Made by a program: the position numbers and the translations under genes
The notes under the pieces: model-generated
What the model was told of the DNA's origin: nothing
Databases searched by the model: none
What the model saw: only the letters and a program-made list of their open reading frames with translations
Shown: positions 9,969 through 17,516 of the stretch, one piece after another
Position numbering within the stretch: the stretch's first letter is position 1
How the letters are laid out: each line of letters begins with the position of its first letter
Assembly: GCA_036385045.1 (NCBI GenBank)
Contig: DASVLC010000252.1
Coordinates: 2,185-66,184, forward strand
Length of the DNA stretch: 64,000 nt
Source: Thermoanaerobaculia bacterium
GTDB lineage: Bacteria > Acidobacteriota > Thermoanaerobaculia > Gp7-AA8
Direction of reading: 5' to 3'

Positions 9969-10925
9969 ATGAAGATCGGGGTTCACGCTTCTCACGAACA
10001 ATACTCGCCGCGTACCCTCATCGACCACGTCATGAAGGCTGAGGCTGCAGGGTTCGAGGCGGCGATGTGTTCCGACCATCTCATGCCGTGGAGCGAGCGG
10101 CAGGGACACAGCGGATTTGCCTGGTCCTGGCTCGGCGCCGCCATGCAGGCGACCTCACTCCCCTACGGCGTCGTCAACGCGCCGGGCTGGCGTTACCACC
10201 CGGTCATCATCGCTCAGGCCGCCGCGACCCTGCAGCAGATGTTTCCCGACCGTTTCTGGATCGCAGTCGGAAGCGGCGAGGCACTCAACGAACACATCAC
10301 GGGCGAGGCATGGGCACCCAAGCACGAACGCAACGAACGACTGCTCGAATGTGTGACGGTCATGCGACGACTCTGGCAGGGGGAAACGGTCACGCATCGC
10401 GGACACGTTGAGGTGGTCGACGCGAGGGTCTGGTCACTGCCTGAGCGTCCGCCCCGAGTCGTGGGAGCGGCAATCACCGAGGCGACCGCGGAGTGGATGG
10501 GCGGCTGGGCTGATGCGCTCATTACGGTCAGTGCCGCACGTGACAGAATGAAGCGGGTGCTCGATGCATTCCGCCGCGGCGGTGGGGATGGCAAGCCGAT
10601 ACTCTTGCAGGCGAAACTCTCCTGGGCTCCGACGGAACGTGAGGCGATCGATGGCGCCATGGATCAATGGTCCACGAACGTCTTCAACAGTTCGATCGCC
10701 GCAGATCTCAGCCGCCCCGACCAGTTCGAAGCGCTGTCGCGATTCGTCAACGAAGAGCAGCTTCGCGATGCCGTCCGCATCTCGTCTGACCTGGATCAAC
10801 ACATCGAGTGGATCCGTCAGGATCGGGAGCTCGGCATCGATGAGTTGTACCTCCACAACGTGAATCTGGAGCAGCAGCGGTTCATTGAGGCGTTCGGACG
10901 GCACGTACTTTCGGCTTTGCGGTAG
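9969..10925 (+). CDS. LLM-class (luciferase-like) F420-dependent oxidoreductase
   Basis: ORF 9783..10925 trimmed to MKIGVHASHEQYSP. The TIM-barrel LLM pattern resembles the F420-dependent G6PD-like subfamily. Confidence 0.65.
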   Translation: MKIGVHASHEQYSPRTLIDHVMKAEAAGFEAAMCSDHLMPWSERQGHSGFAWSWLGAAMQATSLPYGVVNAPGWRYHPVIIAQAAATLQQMFPDRFWIAVGSGEALNEHITGEAWAPKHERNERLLECVTVMRRLWQGETVTHRGHVEVVDARVWSLPERPPRVVGAAITEATAEWMGGWADALITVSAARDRMKRVLDAFRRGGGDGKPILLQAKLSWAPTEREAIDGAMDQWSTNVFNSSIAADLSRPDQFEALSRFVNEEQLRDAVRISSDLDQHIEWIRQDRELGIDELYLHNVNLEQQRFIEAFGRHVLSALR

Positions 10926-11084
10926 ATACGCGCCGGCAGGCGCGACACAATCGCGGCATCACCACTCCTCGTGACTCCGCGCACGCTCTCATTCCGCCTC
11001 ACTGCGTTTCACTTCGCCGCCGCCGAAGAAGGTGTCGAAGACCATTGGCTCGCTAACGGCAGCGCAATGGGTGGAGGAGTGTTC

Positions 11085-12995
11085 ATGCCAAAGGTTCTGC
11101 TCACGAGCGTCTGCCGGCCACTCGGTGAAAAGTATGGCGACGCACCGAGCGTCGGTTACGAATTGCTGTATGGCCAGGTCACGCGCGCTCAGGGGCTCTT
11201 CTCCCCTCGGGCGACCCACGTGCAGTTCTCGCTCGGATATGTAGCGGAAAACCTTCAGGCACCGACGACCGTTCTCCACTATCCATCGAAGGAGGAGCTG
11301 GCCCGGGAGCTGGAGAATGGCTACGACTACGTTGGGATCTCGTTCATCCTCTCGACCTTCCACCGAATGAAAGAGGTCGCCGCGTTGATTCGCAGTCATG
11401 CACCCGGCGCAAAGATCGTTCTCGGCGGCTACGGCACGGTCCTTTCCGACGAAGAGCTCGCCCCCTGGTCCGACTACATCTGTCGCGAAGAAGGCGCCGG
11501 CTTCATGCAGCGGCTCCTAGGCGAGACACCGGGCCCGCGCCGTCATCCGCTCATCGTCAGCCGTCTGCGCATCTTCAGCCGCGAGATCTCCCGCACCGGA
11601 ATGGTGTTCGGGGGCCTCGGCTGTCCCAACGGCTGCGACTTCTGCTGCACCTCACACTTTTTCAAGCGGAAACACATCCGTCTGCTCGAGACCGGCGCCG
11701 ACATCTACGACGTCATCCGGCGCTATCGACAGATCGATCCCGAGATCTCGATCGTCATTCTCGATGAAGATTTTCTGCTCAACCGGAAACGAGCGATGGA
11801 GTTGCGTGACTCTGTGGTGGCCGGCGGCGTCGCGCTCTCGATCTTCTGCTTTGCCAGCGTGAAGGCACTCAGCCAGTACACGATCGCCGAGATCCTGGAG
11901 ATGGGAATCGACGGCGTATGGATCGGCTACGAGGGGACGCGTTCCGGCTACGCTAAACAGGAGGGTCGTCCGATCGAGGACCTCTTCCGCGAACTGCGCG
12001 CACATGGGGTGAGCGTCCTGACGTCGATGATCGTGGGACTTCCCTATCAGACGCCGGAGATCATCGACGAAGAGCTCAACGGGTTGATGGCCCTCGAGCC
12101 GACGCTTTCGCAGTTTCTGATCTATGGTCCCACTCCGGGTACTCCTTTCTACGATCAGGTAATGCGCGAGGGAAGGTTGCACGCGGACCTCGCCGCGAAC
12201 CGCGAGGAGTACTACCGCAACTGCACCGGCTTCAAGGCGATGGTGAATCACCCGACGATGACGCCGGAACAGATCGAGTCGGCACAGGAGCATTGTTTCG
12301 AGACCGACGTTCGAACCCTCGGACCTTCGATCTTCCGCTCGATCGATGTCTGGTTGCGTGGATACCTGAAGCTGGCCCAATCACCCAACACGATGTTGCG
12401 ACTCAAGTCGGAGCGCTTCGCCTTCGAGATCCGGCGAGCCTATCCGGTGTTTCTTGCAGGCAGACTACTGGCCCGGGGCTCCGAGGTTCGCGAAGCGATC
12501 GGGGCTCTTGAAAGGCGCGTGCACGAGGCTCTGGGCGCCCCCTCAATTCTGGAGCGACTCAGAGCAGTTGCGGCAGCAGGACTCGCCGCGTGGACAGGTC
12601 TCACACTGAAGCTCGGACTCTTTCAGCATCCATCTCTCGCGCGTCACACATTCCGGATGCCCGACGAGTCGCTGCCAGCAAAGATCTGGCGGCGGTTGCG
12701 TGGCGACGAAGAAGAAGGACTCTCGGTTGCGGTCGAGCTTCGGCCGGAGTCTACCGTCTGGGTTACTGTCGCTGGCTCGCTCAGCATCGCAGGAGCCGAG
12801 AAACTCGGGGCAGATCTCGTGGCTGGACTCCATCGTCGGAAAGAACGTCTGGTCCTCGACCTCGAGCAACTCGTCGCGACCGAACGTGCCGCACTCGAAG
12901 AGCTGGCGGAGCGTCTTCGCGCCTACGGCGATCGCGTGCGCGTCCTGGTCCCGCAGTTGGACGAGTTTGCAGGGATGAGCGTGCTGTTCAGGTGA
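11085..12995 (+). CDS. B12-binding radical SAM enzyme with C-terminal STAS domain
   Basis: ORF 10971..12995 trimmed to MPKVLL, 5 nt after the GGAGGAG RBS. It has an N-terminal cobalamin-binding Rossmann-like domain and a radical SAM CxxxCxxC motif (GLGCPNGCDFCC). The C-terminal ~110 aa (ESTVWVTVAGSLSIAGAEKLGADLVAGL...RLVLDLEQLVAT...RVRVLVP) have the anti-sigma-antagonist/STAS pattern. Confidence 0.7.
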   Translation: MPKVLLTSVCRPLGEKYGDAPSVGYELLYGQVTRAQGLFSPRATHVQFSLGYVAENLQAPTTVLHYPSKEELARELENGYDYVGISFILSTFHRMKEVAALIRSHAPGAKIVLGGYGTVLSDEELAPWSDYICREEGAGFMQRLLGETPGPRRHPLIVSRLRIFSREISRTGMVFGGLGCPNGCDFCCTSHFFKRKHIRLLETGADIYDVIRRYRQIDPEISIVILDEDFLLNRKRAMELRDSVVAGGVALSIFCFASVKALSQYTIAEILEMGIDGVWIGYEGTRSGYAKQEGRPIEDLFRELRAHGVSVLTSMIVGLPYQTPEIIDEELNGLMALEPTLSQFLIYGPTPGTPFYDQVMREGRLHADLAANREEYYRNCTGFKAMVNHPTMTPEQIESAQEHCFETDVRTLGPSIFRSIDVWLRGYLKLAQSPNTMLRLKSERFAFEIRRAYPVFLAGRLLARGSEVREAIGALERRVHEALGAPSILERLRAVAAAGLAAWTGLTLKLGLFQHPSLARHTFRMPDESLPAKIWRRLRGDEEEGLSVAVELRPESTVWVTVAGSLSIAGAEKLGADLVAGLHRRKERLVLDLEQLVATERAALEELAERLRAYGDRVRVLVPQLDEFAGMSVLFR

Positions 12996-13026
12996 TCCGA
13001 GGCTTCCATCCCCTCGGATGGTTTTG
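12995..13026 (+). terminator. Rho-independent terminator after the rSAM-STAS gene
   Basis: Perfect 8-bp stem ATCCGAGG/CCTCGGAT (12995-13002 / 13012-13019) with a 9-nt loop, followed by a TTTT run at 13022-13025. Confidence 0.55.
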
Positions 13027-13251
13027 AAGTTTCGCTGACGTGTGTCGAGCACGGGTTGGTGACGAGATTGCTTGTACCAACAATCCAGTCCCGCTGACCA
13101 GCGCGGCAGGTGTCGACATGAAACAAGTCGTTTCTGGAGTTTCCCGATTCGACTTCTGCCGACGCCATGACGTTACGGCAGCGCGTGATCCGGGTGCTCG
13201 CGTCGCTGAGGAACTCGCCTCAGGCTCGGCACTCAGTTTCAGGAGGTGAAT

Positions 13252-13845
13252 GTGCGCTTGTATTCAACCATCCCCGCGATTGCTCTGATCCTGCTCTTCA
13301 CCGGCTGCAGATCGGAGACCCAGGTCGAACAGACCACCACCGGTGACACGACCACCACGGCGTACGCCGTGACCGCGACCGACGCGACGCTCGTACCGAT
13401 CGGCGAAGGTTTGCCTCCCGGCGAGACCACGACTACAGTCGGAACGATCACGGGGACCGTTCAGGTAGCGACGCCAGCGACCGCCACATCGACCCCCACG
13501 GCGACTCCTGCGACGGCCCCCGTCAGGACGGCAACGCAGCCCTCCGCCGTACAGCCGACGCCAGTGCAGGCGACGCCAGCCACACCCTCACCGACTGCAA
13601 CCGTCCCGGCGACTCCACCGCCGGCCGCGCCCCCAGTGACCGCGACCACCGCACCGGCACCGACGCCGGCCGCTTCAACTGCGTCCGCCAAGCCACCCGC
13701 GACCCACTCGGTCAGCAAGGGTGGAGCGATGCACCCGGCAAACACCACGAATCCGGCGCAGCGATGCGGCGCCTGCCACGGAAAAGACCTCCGCGGGGGC
13801 AAGGCCGTGTCCTGCTACTCGTGCCACGAAACTGCCGTGTGGTAA
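13252..13845 (+). CDS. Thr/Pro-rich lipoprotein with two C-terminal CXXCH motifs (putative c-type cytochrome)
   Basis: AGGAGG RBS at 13241-13246 and an in-frame GTG at 13252. Lipobox LLFTGC. Long T/P/A low-complexity linker. C-terminus CGACHG...CYSCHE gives two CXXCH heme-binding motifs. Confidence 0.5.
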   Translation: MRLYSTIPAIALILLFTGCRSETQVEQTTTGDTTTTAYAVTATDATLVPIGEGLPPGETTTTVGTITGTVQVATPATATSTPTATPATAPVRTATQPSAVQPTPVQATPATPSPTATVPATPPPAAPPVTATTAPAPTPAASTASAKPPATHSVSKGGAMHPANTTNPAQRCGACHGKDLRGGKAVSCYSCHETAVW

Positions 13846-14161
13846 CGGGCCTCGAATCGGGCGACTGAACCTGCGTCTGTAACCGATGACTGCGCGTGTC
13901 GGAGCGACGAGCTCCGGCCGCGCTGGGTCCGGCAACGCCACGCCCAGCCCCGCGCTCTGCGCGAGGCATGCGCGCAAACAAGGCTCAGGCGCGGAGCCGA
14001 ACGGACCGACCCTCACGAGATTCCTCGCCGACCCTCACTCTCGCCGTTCCCGCCGAGTTGCCAAACGTCGACGATCCGGAGGATAGAACTGGCAGGCGTG
14101 CCTTGCCTCCGCCTCGCGTTCGAAACGCTCAGCCCGGCAGCACACTGAAACAGGGGTGAAG

Positions 14162-14237
14162 TGGTGGAGCTGATCGGGATCGAACCGACGACCTCCTCAT
14201 TGCGAACGAGGCGCTCTCCCAGCTGAGCTACAGCCCC
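14162..14237 (-). tRNA. tRNA-Ala (anticodon CGC)
   Basis: The 76-nt reverse complement GGGGCTGTAGCTCAGCTGGGAGAGCGCCTCGTTCGCAATGAGGAGGTCGTCGGTTCGATCCCGATCAGCTCCACCA folds as a cloverleaf. It has the G3:U70 Ala identity pair, anticodon loop TTCGCAA and an encoded CCA. Confidence 0.85.
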
Positions 14238-14687
14238 ACATTACGTGGAAGTATCGCTGCTAACGGCGTCTCTGGCGACGGCATTCCAGCGCAGGGACCG
14301 CGGATTATAGGAGGGGCCGCCCCCTCTGGCAAGGTGCAGGATCACGTCTGCTTCAAGTGGTGTGGACTCAACGACTTGTGCGTCACATTCTGCAGGGCTG
14401 CTTCTCGCCACGCGGGCAGAATCCACAACACCCGGACGTCTCCAGCCTGGCGCAACATTTATTCGCATGCGCGTGCAACAGATGGCCATCCATATGTGTT
14501 GTAGGGCATACTACGAGTACGCCTCTGAGGTCTCAGCCTCGGGAGGCGTGACTTCGAAGGGCTTCAGCATTGCCCATGGCAGCGCAGACCGCGCTGCCAC
14601 CGCCTTAACCCCTCCGGCGATTGCCGCCGGCGGTGGATACACCGTACCGGGGCCGCTCTCGGCCCCGTGACGAGGAAAGGAGGCATC

Positions 14688-15845
14688 ATGAAGGTCAACT
14701 ACATCCGAGACGTGTCGAAACTCGACCGGATTCCGCTGGAGATGCGGGAGACGATGAAGCGGGTGGCAGAGCGCTACGTCTTCCGGGCCAACGACTACTA
14801 CCTCGGGCTCATAGACTGGGACGATCCGGACGATCCGATCCGCCGGCTCGTCGTGCCTGACGAGCGCGAGTTACTGGAGTGGGGCAACCTCGACGCGTCG
14901 AATGAACAGTCAATCACGGTCGCCAGGGGCGTACAGCACAAGTACCCGCACACCGTGCTGCTGCTGGTCAACGAAGTCTGTGGCGCCTACTGCCGCTACT
15001 GCTTCCGAAAGCGGCTTTTCATCGACGGCAACGATGAGACTAGTCTCGACATCACCGAGGGGCTCGAGTACATCCGCAGCCATCCTCAGGTCACAAACGT
15101 CCTGCTGACCGGTGGAGATCCGCTGCTGATGTCGACGCGCCGCATCCTCCAGATCATCGAGCAGCTGCGCGCAATTCCACACGTGCAGATCATCCGTATC
15201 GGCACGAAGATGCCTGCGTTCAATCCCTGGCGCGTGCTCGACGACCCAGCTCTCGTCGAGGGACTGTCGACGTTCAGCACCGCCGAAAAGCGCATCTACC
15301 TGATGATGCACTTCGATCACCCGCGTGAGTTGAGCGAACCGGCCGTCGCCGGCATCGACATGCTGATTCGTGCCGGTGTGATCTGCGTCAACCAGTGTCC
15401 GCTGATTCGAGGCATCAACGACGATCCAACGGTTCTGGCGTCCATGTTCCGGCAGCTTTCGTTCGTCGGCTGCCCTCAGTACTATCTCTTCCAGGGAAGA
15501 CCGACGGCGGGCAACGAGCCGTACGAGCTTCCGATCGTCGCCGGCTACCAGATCTTCGAAGAGGCGAAGCGCCGCGTGAGCGGCCTGGCGAAGCGAGTGA
15601 GGTTCGTGATGAGCCACGAGAGCGGAAAGATCGAGATCGTGGGCGTCGACGAACAGTTCATCTATCTCCGCTATCACCGCGCCAAAGACCCGGCGGACGA
15701 AGGACGTTTCATGGTCTTTCACCGTGACGACGATGCGTACTGGCTCGATCAGCTGGTGCCGGTAGGCAGGCTGGTTGCCGCCGAGCCCGAACTCCATATT
15801 CAGGAGCCGGGCGTGTACGGCCCGACCGAGGAAGTGATGGCTTGA
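14688..15845 (+). CDS. KamA-family radical SAM 2,3-aminomutase (lysine/glutamate 2,3-aminomutase-like)
   Basis: RBS AGGAAAGGAGG precedes ATG 14688. KamA signature CGAYCRYCFRKR (CxxxCxxC) plus a PLP-binding region; 385 aa. Confidence 0.8.
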   Translation: MKVNYIRDVSKLDRIPLEMRETMKRVAERYVFRANDYYLGLIDWDDPDDPIRRLVVPDERELLEWGNLDASNEQSITVARGVQHKYPHTVLLLVNEVCGAYCRYCFRKRLFIDGNDETSLDITEGLEYIRSHPQVTNVLLTGGDPLLMSTRRILQIIEQLRAIPHVQIIRIGTKMPAFNPWRVLDDPALVEGLSTFSTAEKRIYLMMHFDHPRELSEPAVAGIDMLIRAGVICVNQCPLIRGINDDPTVLASMFRQLSFVGCPQYYLFQGRPTAGNEPYELPIVAGYQIFEEAKRRVSGLAKRVRFVMSHESGKIEIVGVDEQFIYLRYHRAKDPADEGRFMVFHRDDDAYWLDQLVPVGRLVAAEPELHIQEPGVYGPTEEVMA

Positions 15846-17050
15846 AGGATCACGAGAGAATCTCCAGCCGGTTGTCGAAGTTCCGGCCGTCGCTGACGCT
15901 GGCCCTCAAAGAGCTCGTCGCAGGACGTGTCGAGCGGGGTTTGCCGGTCTATGACTTCGGGCTCGGCGAGACCAAAGGTCACCTCGACGACACGATCCGG
16001 GCGGCGGGCGAACGAGCCTTTCGCGAAGAAGACACGATGTATGCCGATCCGGCGGGACTGCCTGCGCTTCGTCAGGCAGTCCTCCGCTGGCTCGATCTCG
16101 AACAGCACTACTCGATCGACAACGTCGTGATCAACACAGGAGCGAAGCAGGGGCTCTTCAATATCTTTCTGTCGATCTGCAATCCCGCCGACGCGGTTCT
16201 GTTCGAGGCGGCACCATGGGTCAGCTATCAGCCGCTCGCCACTGCTGCGTACGGCTTTCCGGTGATGGTCCTGCCCCGAGCCGGGGGCGACGGGCTGCTG
16301 AAGGTGACACAGGAAGATCTCGAGCGCAATCTCGATCTCCGACCCCACGCACGGCTCTTTCTGCTCAACAACCCCGTAAACCCCACTTCTCAGCTCTATG
16401 AGGCGGAGGAGATCGAAGCCCTGCTCCGCGTCTGCGTCGAGCGCCGCATCTACTTCGTACTCGACCGGCTCTACTGGAAGCTGATCTTCGACGGTCGCAC
16501 CTATCCCGAACCGAGAATCGACGCGGAGACACGGCCCTGGATCATTCAGATCGACGGGATGTCGAAGAACTTCCGGCGCACGGGAGGGCTCCGGATCGGC
16601 TGGACGATCGCGCCAGACGACGTGGCCGCCGCCATGATCAACCTGCAGAGCCACTACACCGCCGGTCCGGCGGTTCCGACCCAGCGAGCCGCGCTGGCAG
16701 CGCTCGACCATCCATACGACATCACCATGGTCGAGGAGCTTCAGGCGAAACGTGACCTGCTGCACGAAGTCGCAGCATCGATTCCGCATCTCGACATCTG
16801 GCCAACTCCGGCGGCGTTCTACTCCTTCTGGGATGTGCGAGGCACCTTTGGCAAAACGACGCCGGAAGGCCACACGCTACGTAATTCGAACGACGTCGCC
16901 GAATACCTCGCCGTCAGTGGCGGCGTCGTCACGGCGTCAGGCTCCGGATTCGCGCAGGACGGCTACCTCCGGCTCTCGTTCGCAACTCCTGACGAGACGA
17001 TCGTCGAAGGGATGCGGGCGGCACGGGCCGCATTCGAAGCGTTGCGGTGA
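15842..17050 (+). CDS. PLP-dependent aminotransferase, class I/II
   Basis: Aspartate-aminotransferase-fold blocks (NPVNPTSQLY, the PLP-Lys region MSKNFRRTGGLRIGW). The putative TTG start overlaps the KamA stop (TTGA), suggesting translational coupling. Confidence 0.75.
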   Translation: MKDHERISSRLSKFRPSLTLALKELVAGRVERGLPVYDFGLGETKGHLDDTIRAAGERAFREEDTMYADPAGLPALRQAVLRWLDLEQHYSIDNVVINTGAKQGLFNIFLSICNPADAVLFEAAPWVSYQPLATAAYGFPVMVLPRAGGDGLLKVTQEDLERNLDLRPHARLFLLNNPVNPTSQLYEAEEIEALLRVCVERRIYFVLDRLYWKLIFDGRTYPEPRIDAETRPWIIQIDGMSKNFRRTGGLRIGWTIAPDDVAAAMINLQSHYTAGPAVPTQRAALAALDHPYDITMVEELQAKRDLLHEVAASIPHLDIWPTPAAFYSFWDVRGTFGKTTPEGHTLRNSNDVAEYLAVSGGVVTASGSGFAQDGYLRLSFATPDETIVEGMRAARAAFEALR

Positions 17051-17132
17051 GAAGGCGCACTTCTGACTTCCATCCGCCCCTTGCGTTTCTACTACACTTG
17101 TCATAGATTGAATGGCACATGTAGGAGGAACG

Positions 17133-17516
17133 ATGGCGCGGAGACCACGCCTTTCGAAAGCCGAACTCGAACTGATGGACCTGATCTGGGAGCGAGGCGA
17201 ATCCTCGGTCCGCGAGCTTCAGGAGACGATTCCGGAGAAGAGGCGCCCCGCCTACACGACTGTTCAGACCCTCGTCGGGAGGCTCGAAGAGAAGGGAGCC
17301 GTGCGCCGTTCCCGGCGTGTGGGAAACGCTTACCTCTATGAGCCGGCGATCACACGCCGCTCCACATATCGGCGGCTCATCGACGAACTCGTCGAGGTCT
17401 TTGGCGGGAGTGCGACTCCAATCGTTTCGCACCTCATCGAGTCCGGAAAACTGACGCTCGAAGATCTGCGCGTGCTCGAGCGGGAACAGTCGAAGCGGAA
17501 GGACGGCGCGGAATGA
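17133..17516 (+). CDS. BlaI/MecI/CopY-family transcriptional repressor
   Basis: GGAGG RBS at 17124-17128. Winged-helix block (LSKAELELMDLIWERGESSVRELQE...AYTTVQTLVGRLEEKGAV) typical of penicillinase repressors. Confidence 0.8.
   Translation: MARRPRLSKAELELMDLIWERGESSVRELQETIPEKRRPAYTTVQTLVGRLEEKGAVRRSRRVGNAYLYEPAITRRSTYRRLIDELVEVFGGSATPIVSHLIESGKLTLEDLRVLEREQSKRKDGAE

Noticed and set aside
10929-10944. Hairpin CGCGCC-GGCA-GGCGCG immediately after the LLM oxidoreductase stop as a terminator
   Set aside because: It is a short 6-bp stem with no U-tract, and the next gene follows on the same strand ~140 bp later. It is not strong enough to call.
11652-12380. 242-aa minus-strand ORF inside the radical SAM gene
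   Set aside because: It is antisense to a gene with strong rSAM motifs and has no recognisable domain.
14162-14700. Possibility of a genomic island or integrase at the tRNA-Ala locus
   Set aside because: There is no integrase, excisionase or direct repeat of the tRNA 3' end within the window. Flanking genes are ordinary metabolic genes with uniform GC content.
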